A DNA stretch of 64,000 bases, taken from contig JADFYE010000006.1 of assembly GCA_015233195.1 (NCBI GenBank), positions 6,699 to 70,698 on the forward strand, read 5' to 3'. A model generated the notes under the pieces. It made no database searches. It saw nothing but the letters and a program-made list of their open reading frames with translations, and was not told the DNA's origin. The position numbers were made by a program, and so were the translations under genes. Positions 50,401-62,400 of the stretch are shown piece by piece. This DNA is from Candidatus Omnitrophota bacterium. GTDB taxonomy: Bacteria; Omnitrophota; Gorgyraeia; Zapsychrales; Zapsychraceae. How positions within the stretch are numbered: the first letter of the stretch is position 1; every line of letters begins with the position of its first letter.

Positions 50401-53400
50401 GCTAAGGAAGATCGATTGACTGAAGAAGAATATAATCGTTTTACAAATGATGATTTCAGCAAAGCCCCTCGAAATGAAGACGCGAAAGATCGGTTGATTT
50501 GGTTTTTCAATTCTTTATTAATGCAAATGCCTGAAGGGGCGCCTAAATGGGAATCAATACGAGCGCATGCGGTGGTATTACCCGCCAATAATGAAGATGT
50601 TCTTTATAGTAAAAAACAAGCAAATGAATTAGCTCGTATTGATGGTTCATTGGAAGATACCGGAGTAACATTCTTGAATTATATTATTCATAATATGCCG
50701 GATGAATTTGATAATTTTATTAATCGTATGTATAGAGAAGGATATAGCAGTGTTGAAATTGCCATCTTACGTCGTCATTATGATTTAGTGGTTAAGAATG
50801 GTGAGCTTAATCATAGTTTAGAGGGAATAGATAATGATAAATTATGGTTAGAGATCCGTCTCTGGCTTTCGATGAGATTTCAACCTTTGATCAGAACTAT
50901 TAGAGGTTTAGAGTATCGTAGAGAAGCCTTGAGATTTAAAGCTAAACATATTTATTTTAGGGGACAAGAAAAAACAGATGCAGAGATTGATGATTTGGTT
51001 GATGGAAAATTTGGAATTGTCGTAGGTTATCAAACTTATAAAGATAAAGAAAGCGAAGCTATAAAAGGAAATGATGTTGCTAAATCTACGGTTGAAGGAA
51101 TTAGAGAAATTATGAAACAGTTCCCGAGGATTAAAGTTCCATATGTAGTTACAGATGAAGATACTAAAGTTGTTTCGACTGTATGTATGCAGAATAATAA
51201 GGAAATCGGCAGGGAAATATTGTTACGTCATTTCTGGGTCAATGCAACTATTTGTGCCGGAAAACCTGAGCATCAAAAAGTTTTGTCAATGTGGGTTGAT
51301 CCTAAATATGATTATGTTGATACTTTGGATATGAATCAGGATGATTATTTTGAAGAAGCGTTTAAACACGATTTGGTGTTGGAAGAGCATCGTCCAGGAG
51401 TGGCTATTGTTGGTTTACCAGAAAGAATCTTTACTGATAAATTTAATAAACACGCGAAATTTTATGCGGATTCAGAATCTACTTTTTCAAGTACTATTCA
51501 ACGGGATTCAGCGTTAGGCGGAACCCGGTTCCATTATGGGCATCCAGATTCATTTGATCGTAGATTCGCCATATCTATGGGATGGACTTCTATTTCTTCT
51601 AAATTAAATGAAGATATTTTTGCAGGTTATCGCAGCGTGTTAAGAGGTAGACGTATCATAATGGTTGAATACCGCAGAGTGGGTAAAGCTAGAGAGGTTA
51701 GATTCCCGACGGTAGTTGGTTTGTTCCAAAAATTTGGTCGCGGGGCTGGTCAGCAAGCGCGGGATTTGATGTTGAAGGAATTAATGGCCAGCCGCAATTT
51801 CGGATTTATTAAAGGTATGTCGTTTGTTTTAGGCGCTATTGGATATTATATTCGTAAACCTTTTGTAGTTATGGCAATACGCGGATATTTATTTTTATTG
51901 GTCTTCCTTGGCGTCAGCGGGTTTGCGGGTTTTCCTAATGAGGCGTTGTTAGGGTTTGCCGGTTTGGTTGCATCTCAGGGTATTGTAACTACCGGGTTGG
52001 TGAATGGGATCTTACGTAAAGGATTTTTTGTGGGAACTTGGGATTTGATTAAAACCATGTTCCGGGGGAATGTTTTATCTTTCATGGGACATATTTATAC
52101 CAATGCGGTTGGTTTTAAAGAAGCACAAAATGGAATTAGTACATATATCGGTACTGGTCGCGGGCCAGTACTATATCATATTCCATTATTCCATAAAGAT
52201 ACGTCTAAGAGTTTATATGATGGATTTTTATATGGAAAACAAATGACGATGCAGGTGGTCGGTGATATGGTTTTGATTTTAGTAGCAATTAAAATATGGA
52301 TGAGTATTCCGATGGCTTGGTCGGCATTATTTATGTTAATTCCTTTTGCCGCGTATTTTTATCCGGTTTTATCTAATGCCGGAGCATTGATGGGAGATGG
52401 GACTGATTATAATAAATCAATGAAGATTTTATCGGAAGATATTTCGTTATGGAAAGAAAGAATGAAAGTGCGGTTTAATGGGCAAACTAAGCAAGATGAA
52501 AAAATTGGGTTTGTTGAAAGTTTGGAAATATTTATTCACGGCGTTATTTTATTCTCGGCAATATATATTATAAATCAAATTTTAAGGGTTCTTTATTGGG
52601 TTTGTGGGGCAGCTACATTTTCCGGAAAACTAAAAAATGCGGTTGTAGTACGCAACATTCATTCTTCTTCTGTGTTTTCTTTCGCGCAAACTATTGAAGA
52701 CCCGTTTGTTAAAAGTCAGTTATTGCGTAGAGGGGAAGCTATATCAATTTTGGAAGGATATTTAGTAGGCTCAAGTGTAGTAGCTTGTTATAACTGTGCT
52801 AAAGAGCAGATTCAATATAACCTTTCTCAAGAGCAAGTTTTTGATATATTAAGTCAGTCAGGATTTTCTAACGATGAAATCGTAGATGTTTGGTTTTTTA
52901 TTGAAGAACATGAAACTCTGCATAGTCAATTTCCCAATTTGAATGATGAACAGGATATTTTAACGCTTCAAATACAACCTCAATCTCAGAAAAAAACTAA
53001 CACTTTTGATCTGCTTACTAGAGAACAGGCAGCAGCTGTATTCCAGGAAAAATTCGATCGTATGAAAAAGAATGGAGACGCTGCATTATTACAAATATCT
53101 TTTGCTAGAAGAGGGACAAGAGATTCGCGGGCGAGCAGGGTAGAACAAAGAATGAAAACTAGTGTGTGCCGCGTTAATGGTATAGAAGGAATAGAAAAAG
53201 AAATTAATATTCCAGTTGTGCCGGAATTTAATAAGGAAAAGATAGCTGCTGACGAGATAGCTGCAGCTGAAGACATGCAGGTGAATGGTAAAGTAACCCC
53301 ATTATTATTAATGGGCGGGGCGATGACCAGAATGATAAGTTCGATTGTAGGGTTAAGCCGGAGATTTTTACATAAAGTTGAAAGTTTATGCGAATTTGAG

Positions 53401-56400
53401 CCTGGTCGGGCGATGCTGGCATTTTTGAAAAAAAATCCGGAATCACCGATAAGTCATATTATACAAAAGTTTTTGGATAATTCTGGTCGTTTTCTTTATG
53501 CTTTGGGTCCGCGTCAATTAATTATTTATCGGGGATACCTCGAACGTTTAGCCAGACAAAGAGGAATTCCTTTTTCTGAAATGATGCAAAAACAGCAGAT
53601 TGTAATCGCGATCAATGTTAAAAATAAGCGGGAGATTTTGGGGGATATGTTACGACATAAATTTTATGGGTTTAGACCTGAAAATGTTTGGTTTGTAATG
53701 CAGAATGTGTATCGCGGGGTTCAATCAAAAGAAAACGGCTCAGTAGGTGATAATCTTTTTAGTGATCAATATCCTCGCGGACAAGCTGAACCTTTGATGT
53801 TAGCTGCAAAACCTGGGTGTGCTTTTCGTTTATTGCATAATGATACCCGAAATCTTACTTGGCAAAATGGAGCGCTTTGTGACGAGCTGGTCCGTAGGGG
53901 TTCAGAGATTCTTATGACCCATAGAGTTAATGACTTGACGCGGTTAACCATGGATGAGGTTTCTTCGCCGACGACGCTGGCTTATATTATACGACAGATG
54001 AAAGCTGGATATAATATGACTGCAGAAATGGTAAAAAATTATGAAGGAACCCCGCAAAAGGGAGGATATCTTTTTCAACGTGCTGACGGCGCCTTTATTA
54101 TTCTTGAGAATGAAAAAATCCAGGCTAATCCAGAGTTAAAGGCAATGATTTTGCACGAAGGCGCTATGTATAATTCCGGCAGGTTCGCGTTTAAGTTGAG
54201 TGATTTTGGTTCAATTGTGCGTACTTCGCCTTTATGGGATTTGCGGTTTAATAATGGGAATTTTTATTTGGACGCTTCATCCGGAGATTTTACTTTGAGT
54301 CCGCAATGTCATTTAGCTGGGTATAACAGCGGAAAAAGGATTCAAGATTTTAAACATTTGGGACCAGAGCAGATGGTAGATGCTATACCGATTTTGGAGA
54401 GAAGTGATAATGAAATTGCTGAAATTTTGTGGCATGAAGGTGAAGAGGCTATTCCGGTAGAGCGCGGAGAAGGTTTTATTTTGCACCGTTATTTTTGGGG
54501 TGACGCAAAAGTTCGCGTTATGTTGATCGAAAGAGATGGCGAGCTGTTGGTACGAAAAGAAGAAAAAAGAGACGAGACCACTCCTGAAGGGGAAGACGTT
54601 AAATTAATCCGGGAAATAAAATTTATTCAGGAACTTCCTCCGGCAGTACAGCCGAAATTCGCGGCTATTAAAAGTTATCATATTGCGGAAGGTGATAAAG
54701 TTACCTGGTATGAAATGCCTTATTATATGGGCGAAGATTGGGTTTCGCTTGAAATGTTGATCCTTCAAGGATTGATTACTCCGCAACAGACCATAGATTT
54801 AATAGCCAAGATATTTAGGGAATTGATAAACGATGGTTTTTATGTTGAAATGGCAGCGTCGGTAGATGCTGAAGCTTATTGGGATAAATTTCTTTTTGGC
54901 AAAGTTGAAAAACGGCTTCAAGAAGCAGCTGAAAAATCTCCGGTATTTGCGTCAATTTTACAAAAAGGCGTGGAAATAAATGGACAAAAATATCCGCCAT
55001 TATTAGAACAGTTAACGAGGCTGAGAAATGAGGCAAGCTTTTCCGAGCATATTGCGCCCAATAAACTTTTCCGGATCCATGGAAACTTACAGCCGGATAA
55101 TATTTTAGTTAATGTTAATCAGTTGAGACAAGGTAAATCTCCGGATTATATTCTTTTGGATCCTCGGGGTGGTCAATTCGGTTATGATATTTATTATGAA
55201 TTCGCGAAATTGGCGCAAAGCATCATTGGCTTGCAGGGCATGTCGTTTAATCGACCGAACAGCATAGCGTTAAGCTATAAAAATGGAGAGGAAGATTATA
55301 TTGTTCCTGCTATTCAGGCATATGTCAGACCAGTAGATTGTCTGGAATCTTATATCGAAATACAAAAACTTTTTTGGGAATATTTACAGGGACCGGATAA
55401 TCCTTTTCTCGCTTTAGAAGGCAGCGACGAGATGGATATGAAACGTTTTTATTTTCTTTTAGTTAATGTTATTGCCTCTACTATTCCTTTACATATACGC
55501 GAATTTCAATTCCCGAAACATTCTCTATTTATGTATTTTATGGGCGCGCGGCTATTGGACCTGGTTCGCTCACAACAAGATAATAGGATTTTTATTGAGG
55601 ATCTTATTGGTGAACCGCATCGGAGTAGTATTAATTTTAACATTTCAAATTTAATCAAAAGCGCGCACGCAGAGGGGCGTTATCTTTTGGTAGGCTTTGA
55701 TGTTAATGGGGCGATCTGCGAAAGAGATGAATTTGAATGCAGGGATGATATTTTATCTCAAATGATTGAAACCGCGAAAATTTTAGGTGATAAAGGTTCC
55801 ATTTTTATTAATGCTGGACGAGATATTCGGTTGTTGAAGCAGAGATTTTTAACACCGTATCATAAATTAGTTTTGCAGAACCGGACATTTGATCCAGGCT
55901 ACTCCATGTATATTTTAGTGCAAAACGGCGCTGAAATTTTCGAGTATTATCCCATGACTGATACTATGGAACGAGTATTCCATACGGCTTATGAGCGACA
56001 CGAACAGGGAAACGCGATCAAGCGAACCACGAAGAAAGTAATGCTGATGCTTATAAAAAACAGAAACTTGACAAGACTACCGGCAATTATCTATGTTGAC
56101 GACGGGGCATTAAATGTTTTAGACGGCATTGATCTTTATATAAATGTCGGGATAAGTCCGGTTCGTATAGATGGTTTATATATAAATAGTGTTCAAGATA
56201 TCAGAGCTAACGGCACTGAGGCAACATCACATTATATAAAAAGTATGATCGTGTGTTTAGGTGAAGCAGGTTATAGTAAAGAACAACAAATCGTCCAAGA
56301 CGGTGATGAAGATGAAGAAACTTTCCCTGCGCCAGTGCATCCCATATCAAAAGCTGCGCAGCGGTATAGTCCTGAAGATTTTAGCGCGCAAGTTACAGTC

Positions 56401-59400
56401 GATGAAACAAATACTAATATAACCATCGCAGTTGAAAAAGGTGAATTGAATAAAACTCGGGCAGAAGCTATCGTGGATATTTGGAGCGGTACCAATATGC
56501 AGGCTATGGCTCCTCCGGAGGATGATCAACAACCTGGTTTTACGGTTATAGTTACCTCGGATTTTTCCAAAACTAAAAATTCTGTCGCCGCGTATAACAA
56601 ACGTACCAACACTCTTTATATCCACGTATTTCTCGTCGATAAATTAGTAGAAGCAAAACTAGGAAACCGCAAGCTTCAATATAGATTTTTCTCTAATTTT
56701 ATCCGCGGTGTACTACAAGCTCATGAAAGAATTCATATTTTAGGTCTGGATGAAGACCAGGCTCGTCCGATTACTTTAGCTATGCTGGATTATTATTCTG
56801 ATATTCGTTTTGCTTGGCAGCAGGTATTGGTGACTGATCCTGACTTTTATGAAGTGGAAGCTGATGCGGATTTTGAAAGTGATCTGAAGGAAGCTTTAAA
56901 TAATTTTCAAACCATTAAACAGGGGCAAAAGGTAATAATCTCATTAACCGTGGCTGGTGTGAATTTGTTATCTACTTCCGCTGTTGGTTTTAATTCGTCA
57001 ATCGCAGATGAAAAAACTGACAGCGGAAGACCTGTTTATAAACCTGCTTCTTTACCTGAACCTACTCGTTTGTTTAAATTTGTAACATGGATAAGAAGGT
57101 TTATTATGCCGTTTATTACAGTACTTCTTCTTTCGGCATTTTTTTGTAGCGGCTGCTCGACTATAAATAATAATATCGCTATCAGCTCCTTGAAAAAAAT
57201 TACTATCGCGTTACCGGAAATTGCTGATCCTTCAGGAGTAGAAGTGTTTGATTTTAATCCGTATATGATCATACCTGCCGAAGATCGGGAAGAGGTTAAA
57301 GAAAATCAAATCGCTATATTAGGAAAAAATGGGGAAGCGCAAAGTTCTCCGCTTTATTTGGATCAGTGTACTGCGGTTTTATTTATAGACATTGACGGTA
57401 ATGCGAGTATCGCGCATATTCTCCCGTGGGACGCGCTCACGCCTTATGTGCGCAGATATAAAACTACTGAAGACCATAAAGTCACCTTAAAAAATCTTAC
57501 TTCTCTTCTCAAGAAATATAAATTTGATACCCGCAATATGGCGGTATATCCGTTTTGTGCCGGTAATCCGGATAAAGATTTGGAAGCAGCGTTAAGGGAA
57601 ACTTTTGGCGCTCAAAATGTGAATAACAGTATAACTCCTCTGAATCAGGCTTGGGTTAAGGTTGATTATAATGCTAACCGGAAAATCGGGCATGTAACTT
57701 TTGATACTACAGCCAAAGATCAAGAACGAAAATTTGTTATAGATGGCAGCACGTTGTGGATAAAAATTTTGCCATACACTTCTGTACCTGTGGATAGTTT
57801 AATGTTTACAGAGAACATGCAAAAAAATTCGCCGATGCAGGCAGCAGTAGGTATGCCGGTTGGTTTTATGGTAGGAGCTTTAGGCGCGTTTAGACGCCGC
57901 ACCATTCGTACTACTGCGCGTTTAGGCGGGATCCTTTTTTTGTTAGGCGCTATTTTACTTTCCGGATGTTCCGGTGAAAGAAAAGAAGCAGCTGCACAGT
58001 CAAGTGCTATACAAACTCAGACTTTAATAATTCCTAATAAAGAAGAATTTTTGCCGGAATTATTGCCGAATTATAAGCCTGATCCTCGAGAAATAGTGTT
58101 TGAAATTAAATCTAACGAATCAAAGGCAGAGCAAGAACTTAAGGCTAAAGGCTATCCTGTTCCTGTACGTAAGATTTCAAAACCGACCAGTAGTAAACGT
58201 TCTGATTTATCAGAAAATTATAAATTGCTTAGCGTTAATCAGCAGGTTCGTTTCAGCAAAGAAAATAACAGTTTTAGAGCTAGAGCGTTATCCGGAAGAT
58301 CAGCAGTTATAATTGGTATTGACGGGAAAGACAATGGTTTTATTTCGCATATATCCACCTCAAATTTGACTCAACCTAATAAGAATTTAACAGTTCCCCA
58401 CTTAATAGTCCAGGCACACGCAGAAGCGTCAGTTAAAGCTTTACATTCATTTGCTGTTAAACAGAATATTGATTTATCGGCGTTGACAGTTTATTCAATT
58501 ACGCCAGACGGCGGATATCAAAATGATGTATTAGAGAACGCGCTTAAAAATCAGTTTGCAGAAAGTACAGTTTTGCCTACGTATTTTTTTGGTCGCGACC
58601 AGGTTGAAGTTGATTTTGATTTTTTGAAAAAGACCGGGCATATAGTTACGGATAAAGAAGGACCTTTAGCTGGTGCAGATATTCCATCCGGGATGATGTT
58701 TGGCGCGTCTATTTTTTTGTTGTCGAGGAGAAAGCGGTTTCATTTTGCGCAGATATTGAAAAGGGTAAGAAAATTCGCAGAAGTTACTGGTCTTTCAGCA
58801 GTATTATCACTGGCTGGAGTTGTTCAAGCTAAGAGCGATAAAAAGGTGCCAGCGCCGGGATTAAATTATTATTTGCCTGAGCCTTCGATTATAAATACGC
58901 CGGCTCCTAAAATAAATTATTATCTGCCTAAAACAGCGGAAACTACTACCGCTTCAGCTGCGACAAAATATGAGTTTAAAGACGGGTCATTGGTGCCGGT
59001 AAATGACGGTAAGCCTTATGAAGTTGGATTTCGCCAGGTGGTATTTTTTGATCAAGCCAGGTCAGAACTAAAAACTGATAAAGTTATTTTTACAGTAGCA
59101 GCTGTAATTATCGGAGTAGATGCGCAGGGTCATGGGTTTATGGCGCATGTTTCAATTCCTGATTTTTACAAAAAAGATTTATCTACCGACGATGTTGTAA
59201 ATGAATGGGATAGCGCGGTAAAAGCTATTCAAGAAGAAGTTTTAGAGGATAAACATAATATAGATCCTAAAACATTAATCGTGTTTTCTTTTGCCGCAGG
59301 TGAAGCCAACGATATTTTACCCGCTATATTGAGACGATATTTTGACGAAGAGCCTTTCACCAGTTTAAGTAAGAATAATAGGGAAGTAGCTGCGAAAACC

Positions 59401-62400
59401 ATCTTTTTTCCTTCGAAATATATTCAGGGCGTTTTTGATCCCGTGTTAACACGGGTAAAAATTAATACTGATAAAAAAGGCGCGGAACAACAGCGTAATT
59501 TCACTATAGATCCTGTAAAAGCTACGATTCGTCTTGAACGAGGTAACGATTCTTTAAAATTTTCTGATTCCCAGATAAACGAAGAGGAACCGCATGACTT
59601 TGCCGCTACCGTGGATAAGAAAGAATTAAGCCCGCAGGAAATTCTCTCCGTCGAAGAAATTGTGAGCGAGCAGGAAAGCACGTTTGAAAATTTTGAAATA
59701 GTTGAAGATATGTTTATTGACCTAGCCGGAGAAGTTTTAAAACGTTTAGGGTTTGAAGGTACGACTGCAGAATGGTTAAAAGCTAAACAGAATAAAAAGA
59801 TCCGCTGGGGGTCTGAAGATTTGTTCGACCGGTTTGCTATTAAAGGAATACGTTTAGCAGCGTTTAACCGTAAGGATACAGGATGGATAATTCTTAATCG
59901 TTCGTATCATGTTGCTCCGATATATGAGACGGCATATTTAGCTGGTATCATTGCACACGAAGCTGGCGCGCTTGCCGGAAAATCACATAAAGAAAATGTG
60001 TGGCTGCAAAGGACAGTTGAACGGGCAGTGTCTCCTGATAATAGAAAAGTTATTTCGTCTTTAAGAGTGGCAGTGTCTTTGCGGGATATCGGCGCTGAAG
60101 CAGGAGCTTATGCGGAAAATATTAATAAGATCAGACGAGCTTTGCCGGTTTTAGCAACACAGGGAGTAGGTTGCGTTGGTTTATCCGAAGAGTTTTACGA
60201 GAATGGTTCAGTTTCCCAAAATAGTCAAAGCGAGTTCGCACTGTTTAAACGTACTGCTAATGAGCTTAATATAAGCATTATTGCTACAGCTGATCAAGCG
60301 GCGCGTTATGATACAGGTTTTTTACATGCTTATGCTAAAGTTATGCGGGGAGAAAGTTCAATAGTGAATTTATTTCAAACTTTGGTTTTTGCGGTACAGG
60401 TCACATCTTTTTATAAGGTTTTTTCTTTTATTGATAATGATTTGTCTTTATCAAATATCAATGGGAAGCATCAAACTTTTCTAACTATGTTAATTGGTTT
60501 AGCCCAAACAGGTATGAACGTTATGCTTGGGTTTCAAGATTGGATGAATCATGAAGATCAGGACGCTTCTGATTTTGAGCAATTTGTCGACGAATTTCAG
60601 AACGACCGGGAGTATATGTCGCGCAGAGGATTAATAGATATTGATACAGTTGACGCGCTTAAAGGGGAGTTGGTTGAATTTTCGTCTAGGTATATTGGCA
60701 TATATTTTTATACTGATTTATTGCCGGAGCATGATTCGGTTAATCGGCAACCTCAGGTATTAGTTATCCTGGATACGCAGCAGGAAGAAGCTGGTACTAT
60801 GGCTTGGTTTAGGGCGCCGCGGGAAATGGAAGATCAGCATAAGCAAGTTAATAAAAATATGAGATTAAAATTATTTATAGGTAATGGCGGGAAGATAGTT
60901 GATGGAATATATGGAATCCCACACAATATGGCAGATCAGGCGGTTGAATATTTGGATTTTAATGATGTTGAATGGGCTAATAAATTATTTGAGCTTTACG
61001 AAAAAACTTTTAAGTTTATGGGGGAAATCGGAGCAGCTTTTTGGGGAAAAACATTGTTACGGGTTTATCATTGTATTCCTAAAGGACCAGAGGGTAACAA
61101 TCATCGGGCAAAATTTAAAGAATGGTTTTTATTTTTAAATGAAGATTTGCCTGCTCAAGCAAAGGATAGTCATTATTATGAATTATTAGGCATAGTTGAT
61201 CCGGATGAGGAGCTTTCTGTAGAGGTTGATATAAATGCTGAGGAAACGCGTCATTCTACTCTGGATGTAGTATTAAATATTCCAAGTGATGTTGAGCTAA
61301 TAACTACGCCGATTGATTTAGGCACAATAGTATTTTCTGGCAAAGATTTCTTTATGGGCAGCGATTATCGTCAATTAATTATTGCGCATATAAATAGATT
61401 GAAGAATATGTTAACGCTGGCAGTTTATTATATGCCACATTTCACGAGCACAGAAGATGGTCCATCTGTATTGGTTTTCAACGTTATAATAGAACCTGCT
61501 CAGATCGGCATGCCGTCTGCCTGGTATGTTCCTGAGACTAGGACCATACATTTACAAGCAGTATTATTGTCGGAACAGGTTTCGTTAGAAGCCGCTTATT
61601 ATTCCGCGCATCAGGTTTTTGATTTATATGGTTTTTATGGATGCGACGAGGAATCTGCTCGAATAGGAAGCCAGGTTTATCTTGATGAAATGGTTACTTA
61701 TGAAACATTCTTTTCAGCCTCTTTAGAGGATAGTGGGAATGTTGATGAACCTTATGATGCTCAGTTCCATAGATTAATTCAAAAATTACATAACTTGAAT
61801 ACTTTAGCAGAGATTGGTCAAAAGGATGAAAATTATTATACCGAAGGAACAGCAATATTAATTGCAGCAAAAAGAATTTTATTGGGTATGGACTTTGAAG
61901 AAGAAAACAATTTTCTGTTTAAAAGCCTTTTGGATAAAGAAGAGATGCGTTTTAACGCTTTAAGAGCAGGCATTGTAAAACCAGTTGAATATATAGAGCG
62001 AAAAATGCAGAGGACCGTGCCTGATTTGTGGAGACACGTTCCGGGTAATGGTTTGGTTATTGAGAAGGTATCTAAGCACATATTGTCTTTAGCTATAGTA
62101 ATGTTTGAAGGCGGGATATATTGGGCGAAGATTTCAGACGGTAGTGGTTGGGAGGATACAATAAATATGAATCAAGCCAGAGTTCTGGATTATTTAAAAA
62201 AACATAATGTTTCTGACGTGAGAGCGGTTGATTTTATTTATTCTAAAGGTCAATATATTATTTTATTAGAAGAACTGTCAAAAGGTAAAGAGTGGGATCC
62301 TAAAAAAAGTATAAGTTTTGCAGAGGCTTTAGACCGCGTTATAAAAATGGCGCAATTAGTAGGCGAATTAATTAGACATGGTATATGTCATTGGGATTTA

